A stretch of DNA of 29,881 nucleotides from Candidatus Jidaibacter sp. Lineage in GTDB: Bacteria; Pseudomonadota; Alphaproteobacteria; Rickettsiales; Midichloriaceae. A model generated the notes under the pieces. That model searched no databases. It was given only the letters and a program-made list of their open reading frames with translations, and was not told the DNA's origin. The DNA lies in the NCBI GenBank assembly GCA_021298045.1, contig JAJTHY010000107.1, positions 1 to 29,881 on the forward strand, given 5' to 3'. Numbering within the stretch: position 1 is the first letter of the stretch; each line of letters opens with the position of its first letter. Below, one piece after another: positions 1-9,059 of the stretch. Position numbers and translations under genes: made by a program.

Positions 1-468
1 CTAAATGATAACATCATAGCGGTTAAAATCCGCGATGCATATGTACAACATGAGTTTAGCGAGCTTCTAACTAGAATTTCCGTTACAGTACACGAAGGTA
101 GAGTTTTGTTAGTTGGCAACCTAAAAGGCGAAGCATATGTTAACCAGGCTATTGACATCGCTTGGGAAGTTGAAGGTGTGCGCGAAGTTATAAGCGAGCT
201 AATCGTTGCTCCAACCCATGTAAGAGAATATGCAAAAGACACCTTTATTGCCAATGCAGTTCGCAGTAAGCTTCTACTTGAGCAAGACGTAAGATCCGTA
301 AACTACAAGGTTGATAGCAATAATGGCACAGTTTACCTTCTTGGAGTCGCTCAAGATCAAAAAGAACTAACCCTTGCAATTAATATTGCAAGAAATGTTT
401 CAGGGGTAAAACAAGTAGTTAGCCACGTACTTTTAAGGGATGATTCGCGTAGGAAGAAAAACTATTAG
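1..468 (+). CDS. BON-domain (DolP/YraP/OsmY-type) envelope protein, 5'-truncated by the window edge
   Basis: Frame 1 is open from base 1 (LNDNIIAVKIRDAY...ISVTVHEGRVLLVG) through the ORF-track segment 106-468. It shows two BON-like repeats (V.V..G.V.L.G ... A..V.GV..V). Confidence 0.85.
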   Translation, partial: LNDNIIAVKIRDAYVQHEFSELLTRISVTVHEGRVLLVGNLKGEAYVNQAIDIAWEVEGVREVISELIVAPTHVREYAKDTFIANAVRSKLLLEQDVRSVNYKVDSNNGTVYLLGVAQDQKELTLAINIARNVSGVKQVVSHVLLRDDSRRKKNY

Positions 469-570
469 AAAGCGGTAAAGCAGGCAGTCTTTAAAGGCGA
501 TTCTGCAGGCCGTGTGTAGCGCGTTTGCGCTCTTCCTCTTGAGCTGCCGCGGCCCTTCTTTATATTATAG

Positions 571-3500
571 CTAATACTCCACCACCTCTACTCCGCTTAT
601 TTTTCTGAGCCTCATTTCGTTTTCAGGCGTTATATAAATAGGTTGACTAGAGCTGAAGCTTATAATTTCTCCGCCTTCTAATTTTAAAGCCATGGAGACC
701 TTTTTGCCAGATGGACCCACCAAGCTGGAAACCTCTTCAATAACCCTCTGATCCTTGATAAGAACCGAAAGAACAGTATTAACTCTAGATAAAGCTTCGC
801 CCATTTGGCAGATAGAATCCACCATAATTCTAAGTCCGGATTCATCTACGCGCGCATCTGCAGTTACAAAAATAACATTCCCAATTTGCAAAAGATCATC
901 ATATTTATGTAGCATCTCTTCACTAAAAACTGAAATCTCCACCAACCCCTGCCTATCAGAGATTTGCATAATTGCGTATTTGCCACGTTTAGAAGATTTA
1001 ACTTTGCGAGCAGTAATAACCCCAGCCAGGCTTATCTTCACTCCCTTGGACCTGCTCAACATCCCCTCGAGCGTGTCAGATTCTACAACTCCCAACTTTT
1101 TTAACTTTGTCCCAAAAGGTGCCAGCGGATGTGATGATAGATAAAATCCGAACGCTTCAAATTCGCGTTGCAAAGCTTCATCGGTATTCCACTTTTCCAA
1201 ATTTTCTAACTGTGGTTTTTGATCAATATCTGCATCATCGAAACTGAACAATCCAACCTGTGTACTTTCTTTCTGAATAGCATATTCATGAGCATACCTA
1301 AGCAGCATATCTACACTGTGGAGAACCTTGTTTCTGTTTTCCTCTAAGCAATCTAAGGCACCAGATTTACATAAGCCCTCAAACATACGACGATTTAGTG
1401 CTGCCTTCCCACAGCGCTCTACCAGGTCATAAATACTTTTGAATTCACCACATTTTCTTTCCTCGATGATTTTAGAAACTGCGCTAACACCCACGTTTTT
1501 AATCGCCCCCAGCCCAAAACGAATTGCCTCACCCTCCACGGTAAACACAGCTTCTGATTTATTTATATCCGGCAATACTATAGGTATGTTAAATTTCTTA
1601 GCTTCCTGTAAAAAGATATTTATTTTATCGGTATCGTGAATCTCAGAATTAATAGAGGCAACCAAAAACTCTTTGGTATGATTAGCTTTTAAATACCCGG
1701 TTTGATAAGATATTATCGCATAAGCTGCGGCGTGCGATTTATTAAACCCATAGCTTGCAAATTTTTCAATCAGGTCAAATATCTCCTGCGCTTTGCTGCG
1801 GTCTATATTATTTGCAACACATCCTTGTACAAACACTTCGCGCTGTGCTTCCATCTCTGATCTAATCTTTTTACCCATTGCTCGGCGTAATAAATCAGCG
1901 CCACCAAGCGTGTATCCCGCGAGCTCTCTAGCTATTTCCATAACCTGCTCTTGGTAAACTATAATACCATACGTTTCACGCAGGCAGTTTTCCATACGCG
2001 GATGCAAATATTCAGGCTGCTCTAACCCATGCTTACGGTTGATATAACTAGGTATATTATCCATCGGCCCCGGCCTGTACAATGAGCCAAGAGCGATTAA
2101 ATCTTCAATAGAATCAGGCTTCAGGCGCTTTATCGCCTCTTTCATTCCAGCACTTTCAAATTGGAATACGCCAGTAGTCAAACCTTTTGAGAGCATGGCA
2201 TATGTTTGAGGATCATCAAGCGAGAGATTTTCCAAGTCAATTCCCACACCTTTAGCTTTAAGTAACTTGGTTGTCCATGAAATTACTGTTAGCGTTTTTA
2301 AACCTAAAAAATCAAATTTAATGAGGCCAGCAGCTTCTGCATATTTCATGGAGTATTGCACTGCTGGCATCTTCGCTGCATCATCTAAATAAAGCGGCAC
2401 TATCTCTATGATTGGACGGTCAGCTATCACGACGCCAGCCGCATGTGTTGAAACGTGCCTATTTAAACCTTCAAGCTGCAAACTGATATTAAGTAGTTTT
2501 TCGATTTCAGGATCAGCTTCTTTGGACTTTTGCAACTCTTTATCTAAAGTAATAGCTTCACCAAGAGTTACCGGATTTGCTGGATTATTTGGCACCATTT
2601 TACAGATTTTATCTATAACCCCGTAAGGCATGTGTAAAACTCTACCTACATCCCTCAGTACCGCCCTTGCTTGTAATTTTCCGTAAGTAATGATCTGGGC
2701 AACTTTATCCGAGCCATATTTCGATTTTACATACTCTATAACTTCTTCTCGGCGCTCTTGGCAAAAATCGATATCAAAGTCAGGCATGGATACCCGCTCT
2801 GGATTTAAAAATCGCTCAAATAACAAACCAAATTTTATTGGGTCTAAATCAGTAATTGCAAGCGCCCAGGCAACTATAGACCCAGCACCCGAGCCACGTC
2901 CAGGGCCCACTGGAATTCCCTGCTCTTTACTCCAACGGATAAAATCAGATACAATTAGAAAATACCCGGCATATTTCATCTTATTGATGATGGAGAGTTC
3001 AAAGTCTAGTCTATCAAAATATTGCTTTTGCAATTCTTGGGAAAGAGAAAGCTTTGATATCCGCTGTTTTAGCCCATTTATGGCTTGCTCACGAATTACT
3101 TCAGCCTCTGAAATTTTTTCATCTTGTATGAATTTTGGCAACAGCGGAGGTTTGCCCTCGGAGTACACAGAGCATCTTTTGGCTATAACTATAGTGTTGT
3201 TAATTGCTTCAGGCAAATCAGAGAAAAGTTCCTCCATTTCATCTGCGCTTTTTAGGTAAAAACCTGGATCAAGCCTAGGGCGATTATCTTCTAATAAGTA
3301 CCTTCCATTTGCAATACAGCTCATGGCGTCCTGCGCTTCGTAAAAACTAGAGTTTAAAAAGGATGCATAGTTAGTAGCAACAAGTGGTATGTTATTGCCG
3401 TACGCATAATCTATCATGGCTACTTCAAAAGCTAAATCTTCCTCAGATTCCTGAGATTTGCGTATAATCTCAATGTATAACCTATCCTTAAAAATCTCTG

Positions 3501-3963
3501 CTAATTGCTTTAAAAATTTAAATGTATCCTGCTGCCTATAGCCAAATAGATGCTTTTCCACGCTGTCTATTGGGTTGCCTGCAAGAATTATTAACCCCTT
3601 CCCAAGTTCAATGAGTTCTTGGAAATTAATCGATAATTGTTTTGAGGTAGATCTTTTAAGAAAAATATTACTAGCAAGCTTTAGAATATTCGCATAACCA
3701 ATTTTGTCTTTCGCAATTATTATAACATTTCCATAAACATCTTTCTCATACTCCACGCATATATCAAGACCAGCTATCGGCTGAACACCATTTTTTACTG
3801 CTTCCATAGAGTATTCTAAAGAGGCGAATAAGTTGTTTTTATCCGTAAGTGCTAGGGCTGGAAAATTATGGGTTAGACATGCGCGCACCAAATCCTTAAC
3901 TCTAATTGCGCTAGAGCCTAAAGAGTAATCTGAGTAAACTCTCAAATGAACAAACTTAGACAT
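571..3963 (-). CDS. dnaE: DNA polymerase III alpha subunit
   Basis: 1130 aa with an N-terminal PHP domain (FVHLRVYSDYSL, ALALTDKNNLF), GPGRGSGAGS, RVSMPDFDIDF catalytic motif, YGFNKSHAAAY and a C-terminal OB fold. Confidence 0.99.
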   Translation of the reverse strand: MSKFVHLRVYSDYSLGSSAIRVKDLVRACLTHNFPALALTDKNNLFASLEYSMEAVKNGVQPIAGLDICVEYEKDVYGNVIIIAKDKIGYANILKLASNIFLKRSTSKQLSINFQELIELGKGLIILAGNPIDSVEKHLFGYRQQDTFKFLKQLAEIFKDRLYIEIIRKSQESEEDLAFEVAMIDYAYGNNIPLVATNYASFLNSSFYEAQDAMSCIANGRYLLEDNRPRLDPGFYLKSADEMEELFSDLPEAINNTIVIAKRCSVYSEGKPPLLPKFIQDEKISEAEVIREQAINGLKQRISKLSLSQELQKQYFDRLDFELSIINKMKYAGYFLIVSDFIRWSKEQGIPVGPGRGSGAGSIVAWALAITDLDPIKFGLLFERFLNPERVSMPDFDIDFCQERREEVIEYVKSKYGSDKVAQIITYGKLQARAVLRDVGRVLHMPYGVIDKICKMVPNNPANPVTLGEAITLDKELQKSKEADPEIEKLLNISLQLEGLNRHVSTHAAGVVIADRPIIEIVPLYLDDAAKMPAVQYSMKYAEAAGLIKFDFLGLKTLTVISWTTKLLKAKGVGIDLENLSLDDPQTYAMLSKGLTTGVFQFESAGMKEAIKRLKPDSIEDLIALGSLYRPGPMDNIPSYINRKHGLEQPEYLHPRMENCLRETYGIIVYQEQVMEIARELAGYTLGGADLLRRAMGKKIRSEMEAQREVFVQGCVANNIDRSKAQEIFDLIEKFASYGFNKSHAAAYAIISYQTGYLKANHTKEFLVASINSEIHDTDKINIFLQEAKKFNIPIVLPDINKSEAVFTVEGEAIRFGLGAIKNVGVSAVSKIIEERKCGEFKSIYDLVERCGKAALNRRMFEGLCKSGALDCLEENRNKVLHSVDMLLRYAHEYAIQKESTQVGLFSFDDADIDQKPQLENLEKWNTDEALQREFEAFGFYLSSHPLAPFGTKLKKLGVVESDTLEGMLSRSKGVKISLAGVITARKVKSSKRGKYAIMQISDRQGLVEISVFSEEMLHKYDDLLQIGNVIFVTADARVDESGLRIMVDSICQMGEALSRVNTVLSVLIKDQRVIEEVSSLVGPSGKKVSMALKLEGGEIISFSSSQPIYITPENEMRLRKISGVEVVEY

Positions 3964-3975
3964 GCAGTCGAACCA

Positions 3976-4773
3976 CTAGAAAAACAGGAACTTTTTCTCT
4001 TTCTTTTTAAAAGGTCCCGCCTCATTAAAGACACATATTGTATCCGGACCGCGCCTTAAAGTAAAGCGGTTAGCTACACGCTCCACAACAACATAGCCAC
4101 CAGTTACTCTAAAATTTACCAAACCTTCTTTACCAGTTCTATCCACTAAAAATATGGCAGGTATTTCTGCATTCAAGCTTCTGAATTTGAAGTAAGTAAA
4201 TTCCCCATCGTCAAACACTTGGGTTGGCTCAATATCATGAGCCGAGCCGCTAATGCTGTATTTAAAATTATACAGCTCTGGCTTAGTCATATCCGGGCCA
4301 CTATTACCATTTACATGGGTTAGCGAACCAGATGTACTGCTGCCGCTAGCTATATTGTATTGCTCTGGATACACAAATTTAACCACAAAATTAAGGCCAG
4401 CATCACTAATGCTGCTCGCTTCTTCTGCATGCATTTCAAAAAAATACATGCGCTTGTTTGTGATAACCGTCATGTTAGTTGTTGCATTTTCTTCAACAGG
4501 CTTAATGAATATACGGTTCCCAGCGGGCACAACCTGCCATGGGGTTGGAGTACCCATAGAGATAGTATCTATTTCTTCATCAAGCCCAAATTCTATTATC
4601 GATTGATATTCGTAATGCCCAACAAATTTAAAAACTGTGTTAGGAGTATAATTTAATATTTTTATTCTGTTTTCCCCACCAATTGGGCGCGGCATGCCAG
4701 TTGCCTCTGCATTGAAGATATGCCCGAGATTAAATAATAAACCTAGCATCAATATTATGAATAATTTTTGCAT
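3976..4773 (-). CDS. virB9: Type IV secretion outer-membrane core protein VirB9 (rvh type, full length)
   Basis: Signal peptide, NRIFIKP, TNMTVITNKRMYFFE, YNFKYSISG, P..VFDDGEFTYF and LVNFRV motifs typical of VirB9/TrbG. Confidence 0.93.
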   Translation of the reverse strand: MQKLFIILMLGLLFNLGHIFNAEATGMPRPIGGENRIKILNYTPNTVFKFVGHYEYQSIIEFGLDEEIDTISMGTPTPWQVVPAGNRIFIKPVEENATTNMTVITNKRMYFFEMHAEEASSISDAGLNFVVKFVYPEQYNIASGSSTSGSLTHVNGNSGPDMTKPELYNFKYSISGSAHDIEPTQVFDDGEFTYFKFRSLNAEIPAIFLVDRTGKEGLVNFRVTGGYVVVERVANRFTLRRGPDTICVFNEAGPFKKKEKKFLFF

Positions 4774-4817
4774 AAAAAAATCTTGCTATAACTAATTAAA
4801 TTTATTTCACATAAAGA

Positions 4818-5525
4818 CTAGTTTGACAACTTATAAGTTCTATATTTGGTGATAACAAAATACAAAGGGTCTGATCCTTCATATATATTTGCCATATTGT
4901 TCATCATAAATGATAATTCAGATCGGTAATCCTGGCTTGTAGATCCAAAGTTGTTCTTTTCTGTTGCGGTAAAAGTGACAGTAGCACTTTCTGGATAACC
5001 TGATGGAGCTTTGATTAATATCTCCTTGATTTTTACAAGTCGAGTAGTCTGGTTTTTATATTTCGTTATTGGGTTATCGCTATTTTGGTTGGGGTCCATA
5101 TATTCTTCATAGCCGCTATATACCTGACTGGAGGATAATGCTTTAATCTTATTTTGAGTTAAGCCCCTATTCTCTCCTGAAAAGTCTAAATGGTTATAAT
5201 TTTCACGCAAAGTTACGTATTTGCTGATGAAGTAACGAGCGACTGAAATTTCTATGGATTCTTCTCCCTGCGATAAGGGCTTGATTATAGAGAAAAATTT
5301 TACCTGATCTTTAGCATAAATTGGGAAGGGGATTTTTGTGCTTTCGAAACTACTTCTTGCTGCATTTATGGATATTAAAGTTCCCACAGATAAAATCGCA
5401 CATAACGTTAGGAAAGAAGCTCTTTGCGTGAATGGAAATATATATTTGGAGGCATACCAATCTAAGGCATCCTTAAAATAAGTTCCTTCTTTTATACATT
5501 TTTTCAATTCTTCTTTCTGCTGCAT
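4818..5525 (-). CDS. virB8: Type IV secretion inner-membrane protein VirB8 (rvh type, lacks the NPxG motif)
   Basis: One N-terminal TM helix after YF.DAL.WY..KY, YVTLRENY, SS.QVY..Y, ATVTFTA, and C-terminal F.ITKYR. Lies directly upstream of virB9. Confidence 0.85.
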   Translation of the reverse strand: MQQKEELKKCIKEGTYFKDALDWYASKYIFPFTQRASFLTLCAILSVGTLISINAARSSFESTKIPFPIYAKDQVKFFSIIKPLSQGEESIEISVARYFISKYVTLRENYNHLDFSGENRGLTQNKIKALSSSQVYSGYEEYMDPNQNSDNPITKYKNQTTRLVKIKEILIKAPSGYPESATVTFTATEKNNFGSTSQDYRSELSFMMNNMANIYEGSDPLYFVITKYRTYKLSN

Positions 5526-5556
5526 ATATGCACAAATCGTGATACACTAATACTGT

Positions 5557-5585
5557 ATTAAAGGCGTTTAAGATAGCGCTGTCAA
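5557..5585 (-). promoter_or_regulatory. Candidate sigma70 promoter for virB8-virB9(-dnaE)
   Basis: Minus strand reads TTGACA (5585-5580), 17 nt, TTTAAT (5562-5557), about 30 nt upstream of the virB8 ATG. Confidence 0.5.
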
Positions 5586-5602
5586 TATTTATAAGTACTG
5601 TA

Positions 5603-6973
5603 ATGATATACCCGCAAAACGTAACCGGAAAATACAGAAGCATCAAAAATTATTCCTCATTAGCTTTGTTGCTCTTATACTTTTTATGCTCCTGGATCCG
5701 CTGGCCCCGCGGAGCTGGTGAGCCCGACCAGGCATTACTAATGGATTTAGTAAATCGCAGAGTATACATATTCAACATAGAAATTTGGCCAGATGAGCTA
5801 TATTATTTAACTGGCTTGCTTATACTTGCTGCACTAGGCTTGTTTTTCGTTACCTCTCTTTTTGGCCGCGTTTGGTGTGGATATACTTGTCCGCATACTG
5901 TTTTTGTAGATTTATTCAACAAAGTAGAAGCATTTTTTCAAGGCGATAGGAATGCAAGAATCAAGCTTGACTCAGAACCAATGACGCAAGATAAATTTAT
6001 CAAAAAAATGGCAACACATTTATCATGGGTTAGCATTGCATTTGCATTTGCTTTTGGTTGGGTGTGTTATTTTTATGATGCACCGTCTTTAGTTTTAGAT
6101 TTATGGAATGGCAAAATCACCTCTGGTGGCCTTGCTTGGTTAAGTGGCTTAACCCTTAGCACTTATTTATTTGCTGGTTTTGTTAGAGATAAGGTCTGTG
6201 TATATATGTGCCCATATGGAAGGTTCCAATCCGCAATGCTAGACAACGACACTACCATTGTAACATATCATGATTGGCGCGGGGAACCTAGAGGTAAGCG
6301 CGATGCAAACTCAAAGTCTGGTGATTGTATAGATTGTGGTAGGTGTGTTTTTGTATGCCCTATGGGCATCGATATACGTAATGGCTTACAAATAAGCTGC
6401 ATAGGTTGCGGCCTATGCGTGGATGCTTGCAATAGCGTAATGGATAAATTGGGAAGACCGCTTAATTTAATTGGGTACGACAGCATAAATTCCAGTGCTG
6501 ATAAAATGAATGGTGTGCCGCACGCAAAGAAATTGCTACATCCAAAGACTTTGCTTTTTGGCGGACTTTTTGTTTTGGTAATGTTTTTGTTATTTTATGC
6601 ACTCTCCAATAAACAGGAGGTAAAAATAGCTTCTATTCATGATCGCAATGTAATGTTTACGTTTTTGCCAGATGGATCTGTGCGAAACAGTTATATATTA
6701 AAGATAGCAAACAGAACACTTCAGAAGCAGCAAATTGCGCTGTTGGTTGTGGGAATTGAAGGTGCTACTTTGAAATTACAGGGTTTTGAGCAAGACTATG
6801 ATACTGAGCATAAACTTACTCTTGATCCAGATCAGGAGATCGAGCTGATTGCATTTGTTAAAGCAACTAAAGAAATGTTGAAAAGTTCAAAAAATCCTAT
6901 TAGCTTTCAAGTGAGAAGCGACTACTATGATAAAGTCTTTATAACCAACTCTGTATTTATAAAAGAACAATGA
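5603..6973 (+). CDS. ccoG: Cytochrome cbb3 oxidase accessory protein CcoG (FixG/RdxA family)
   Basis: WCGYTCP, CVYMCPYGRFQ, two 4Fe-4S motifs (CIDCGRCVFVCP; CIGCGLCVDAC), several TM helices and a C-terminal Ig-like domain. Confidence 0.96.
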   Translation: MIYPQNVTGKYRSIKNYSSLALLLLYFLCSWIRWPRGAGEPDQALLMDLVNRRVYIFNIEIWPDELYYLTGLLILAALGLFFVTSLFGRVWCGYTCPHTVFVDLFNKVEAFFQGDRNARIKLDSEPMTQDKFIKKMATHLSWVSIAFAFAFGWVCYFYDAPSLVLDLWNGKITSGGLAWLSGLTLSTYLFAGFVRDKVCVYMCPYGRFQSAMLDNDTTIVTYHDWRGEPRGKRDANSKSGDCIDCGRCVFVCPMGIDIRNGLQISCIGCGLCVDACNSVMDKLGRPLNLIGYDSINSSADKMNGVPHAKKLLHPKTLLFGGLFVLVMFLLFYALSNKQEVKIASIHDRNVMFTFLPDGSVRNSYILKIANRTLQKQQIALLVVGIEGATLKLQGFEQDYDTEHKLTLDPDQEIELIAFVKATKEMLKSSKNPISFQVRSDYYDKVFITNSVFIKEQ

Positions 6974-7464
6974 ATCCTTTAAGAAAATTATTTAAACTGT
7001 TACTTGTCTTTAATGCGATTGTACTAATAGTTTCGTTCTCACTTGAGCATTACTTAGACCTCACCTTATGCAAACTATGTTACTACCAACGGTATATATT
7101 TGCAGCTACAAGTGCAATTGCTATCATAGCAATTATTGCCAGATTTTTTCAGAATTTCGCTGCAGTGGCAATTATATTGCTTTATCTAACCAACTCTACT
7201 ATCGCCCTCACTCAGATTTTAGCTGAAGAAGGCTTCTTAAAGAAAACAACCCTCTGCGCAGGACTTATACCTAAAGAATCTATAAGTCTTGAAGCATTTA
7301 AAGAAGAAATTCTCAATAATGACTTTACTCCTTGTGATATTGAGCCAAGGAGACTTTTTGGAGTATCACTAGCGGGATATAGCTTTATAGCCTCTACTTC
7401 CATGCTAACCATAAGTTTAGTGGTAGTTCTATCCTTATTTTTATTCAGGTATAAAGGTGACTAA
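6970..7464 (+). CDS. dsbB: Disulfide bond formation protein DsbB family
   Basis: Four hydrophobic segments, C..LC.YQR (CKLCYYQR) and a second Cys pair (TLC...TPCD). Start overlaps the ccoG stop (ATGA). Confidence 0.85.
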   Translation: MNPLRKLFKLLLVFNAIVLIVSFSLEHYLDLTLCKLCYYQRYIFAATSAIAIIAIIARFFQNFAAVAIILLYLTNSTIALTQILAEEGFLKKTTLCAGLIPKESISLEAFKEEILNNDFTPCDIEPRRLFGVSLAGYSFIASTSMLTISLVVVLSLFLFRYKGD

Positions 7465-7963
7465 GGAACTTGAGAGAATTATACGAGTGAACCAGGCTGG
7501 CGAATACGGGGCGAAACGTATTTATAAAGGTCAATTAGCTGTACTTAAGGGAAACCAAGAAATTGAAAAGATGTTAAAATCTGAGCTAAGGCACTTAGAG
7601 TATTTCGATGAGCAAGTTAAAAAACGTAAAGTGCGTCCAACGGCTTTGCAGCCCCTTTGGCATATAGGTGGATTTGCAATGGGCTCTATTTGTGCGCTAA
7701 TGGGGGAAAAAGCTGCTATGGCGTGCACGGTTGCTGTAGAGGAAGTTATCGGGGACCATTATGGAGAACAGTTAAAGAGTCTTAAAAAAATTAAAGATGA
7801 AGAGAGCTTAGCACTTAATATAGAAGAGTTCATGCACGAAGAACTAGAGCACAGGGATATAGGCTTAGACCATGACGCCGAAAAAAGCTTTGGATACGAA
7901 GGCTTGAAGGCCATAATTAAAACCATTACAAAAACTGCAATTTTTTTATCCAAAAGGATTTAG
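7457..7963 (+). CDS. coq7: Demethoxyubiquinone hydroxylase (Coq7 di-iron family)
   Basis: IIRVNQAGEYGA..IY.GQL, E..H, VE..I..HY..QL and EE.EH di-iron ligands. GTG start overlaps the dsbB stop. Confidence 0.95.
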   Translation: MTKELERIIRVNQAGEYGAKRIYKGQLAVLKGNQEIEKMLKSELRHLEYFDEQVKKRKVRPTALQPLWHIGGFAMGSICALMGEKAAMACTVAVEEVIGDHYGEQLKSLKKIKDEESLALNIEEFMHEELEHRDIGLDHDAEKSFGYEGLKAIIKTITKTAIFLSKRI

Positions 7964-7992
7964 CTATTGTAAGTCTTATATGTGAATTATGT

Positions 7993-8781
7993 TTATCTAC
8001 CCGAGTTGTGGCTAAGGAGTGTATTACTCCTTGAAACATATGATGCTAATGCTAGCGGCAATAGTATAAGCATAAAGCCTTTAAGGCATATAAAGCTCAG
8101 AGCCTCCGTATGAATACCTTTAATTGCATACATACATATAAGTGACCCCGCAAAAGCTACCAAATGATTTTTATCCATCTTAGACACAATTTTTATATGC
8201 CCTTTCTTCTCTAACACAAGATAGGACAGCAAACCTATATCCATGCCTAGATATATATAAAGCCATTCGTGCCTATGGGGTTGCTCTGGCAGTATGAACA
8301 TAATACACACAGATATTGCGGTGGTAAGTATTAAAAGTACAAGCTGTTTGTTTCTGTAAAAATAATCCCACATGACAAATGAAAAAAATATTAATGTGGC
8401 AAAGAAAATTCCCCCATAAATATCATACCAATTATGGTAATGAAAATGGACCATGCCAAAATAGGATGAAATCGATATGGCAGCAGCAACTAAAGCTATC
8501 CAAAGTTTGCGAATTTGATATATGAGAACTAGCCAAACAACTAAATTAAATTGTGTATGACCACTTGGGAATGCCCAACCAACCTTACCCAACGAAGGGT
8601 CCAATGGTATTTGCCAAATAGATTTTAAATATGCATTGATAAACGCACTCAGGAAACAAACAATTGCTATATTGATAAATACTTTTTTATCGATACAACA
8701 AATGCCAAATATTAGCAGCGGCCCTAAAAATCCAAATTCTGCTAAAAACAAGGCGACGCGAAAGAAATAGTCTACAAACAC
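7993..8781 (-). CDS. PAP2-superfamily integral membrane protein with degenerate phosphatase motifs
   Basis: K of motif 1, FPSGH and H...D (HNWYD) are present; multiple TM helices. GTG start overlaps the iscX stop by 1 nt. Confidence 0.8.
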   Translation of the reverse strand: MFVDYFFRVALFLAEFGFLGPLLIFGICCIDKKVFINIAIVCFLSAFINAYLKSIWQIPLDPSLGKVGWAFPSGHTQFNLVVWLVLIYQIRKLWIALVAAAISISSYFGMVHFHYHNWYDIYGGIFFATLIFFSFVMWDYFYRNKQLVLLILTTAISVCIMFILPEQPHRHEWLYIYLGMDIGLLSYLVLEKKGHIKIVSKMDKNHLVAFAGSLICMYAIKGIHTEALSFICLKGFMLILLPLALASYVSRSNTLLSHNSGR

Positions 8782-8981
8782 TATAAGCCAGCCCTCTCTT
8801 TAAGCCAGGCTCCTTGGATGGCTTCCAAAATGCGCTCATTACAACGCTTTGGGTCATCATCAAATTCTTCCAATGACATTACATACTTTTGCAAATCAGT
8901 AAATTTAATCGATTCTATTATTTCATCAGGATATTTATCTTCAAGTGAAATAGCAATATCATAAATTTCAGTCCACTTCAT
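8781..8981 (-). CDS. iscX: Fe-S cluster assembly protein IscX (YfhJ)
   Basis: MKW....IA..L...YPD......FTDL...V..L..FDDDP..CNE.ILEAIQ..W signature. Start placed at the internal Met (8981) rather than the ORF-track start 9047. Confidence 0.95.
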   Translation of the reverse strand: MKWTEIYDIAISLEDKYPDEIIESIKFTDLQKYVMSLEEFDDDPKRCNERILEAIQGAWLKERAGL

Positions 8982-9059
8982 ATTTAATATTCCATTTATA
9001 TTTACTTTAAATGCAAGTTGCCGTATACAGTACTTTACTAAAACCAAAGATATTTATAT

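Noticed and set aside
566-575. TATAGCTAAT identical to the first 10 nt of element A
   Set aside because: Similarity stops immediately and the match overlaps the dnaE stop codon; a 10-mer of this composition can occur by chance.
755-3259. Plus-strand ORFs 755-1144, 1439-1639, 2408-2626 and 2690-3259 (up to 189 aa)
   Set aside because: They are antisense shadows of dnaE, with Ser/Ile-rich translations and no recognisable motifs. The same applies to the shadow ORFs opposite virB9, ccoG, dsbB, coq7, fbaB, rho, ispE, fabG, carD, mrdA, lon, proS and the glycosyltransferases.
5558-5571. TTAA-N6-TTAA upstream of virB8/ccoG as a CtrA box
   Set aside because: The CtrA consensus spacing is N7; no FNR-type TTGAT-N4-ATCAA box was found here either.
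8982-9047. Longer ORF-track starts for iscX (9047), DUF2793 (16709), carD (17962) and GT2 (25833)
   Set aside because: The extensions lack family similarity, and internal Met codons match family N-termini and/or have SD sequences.
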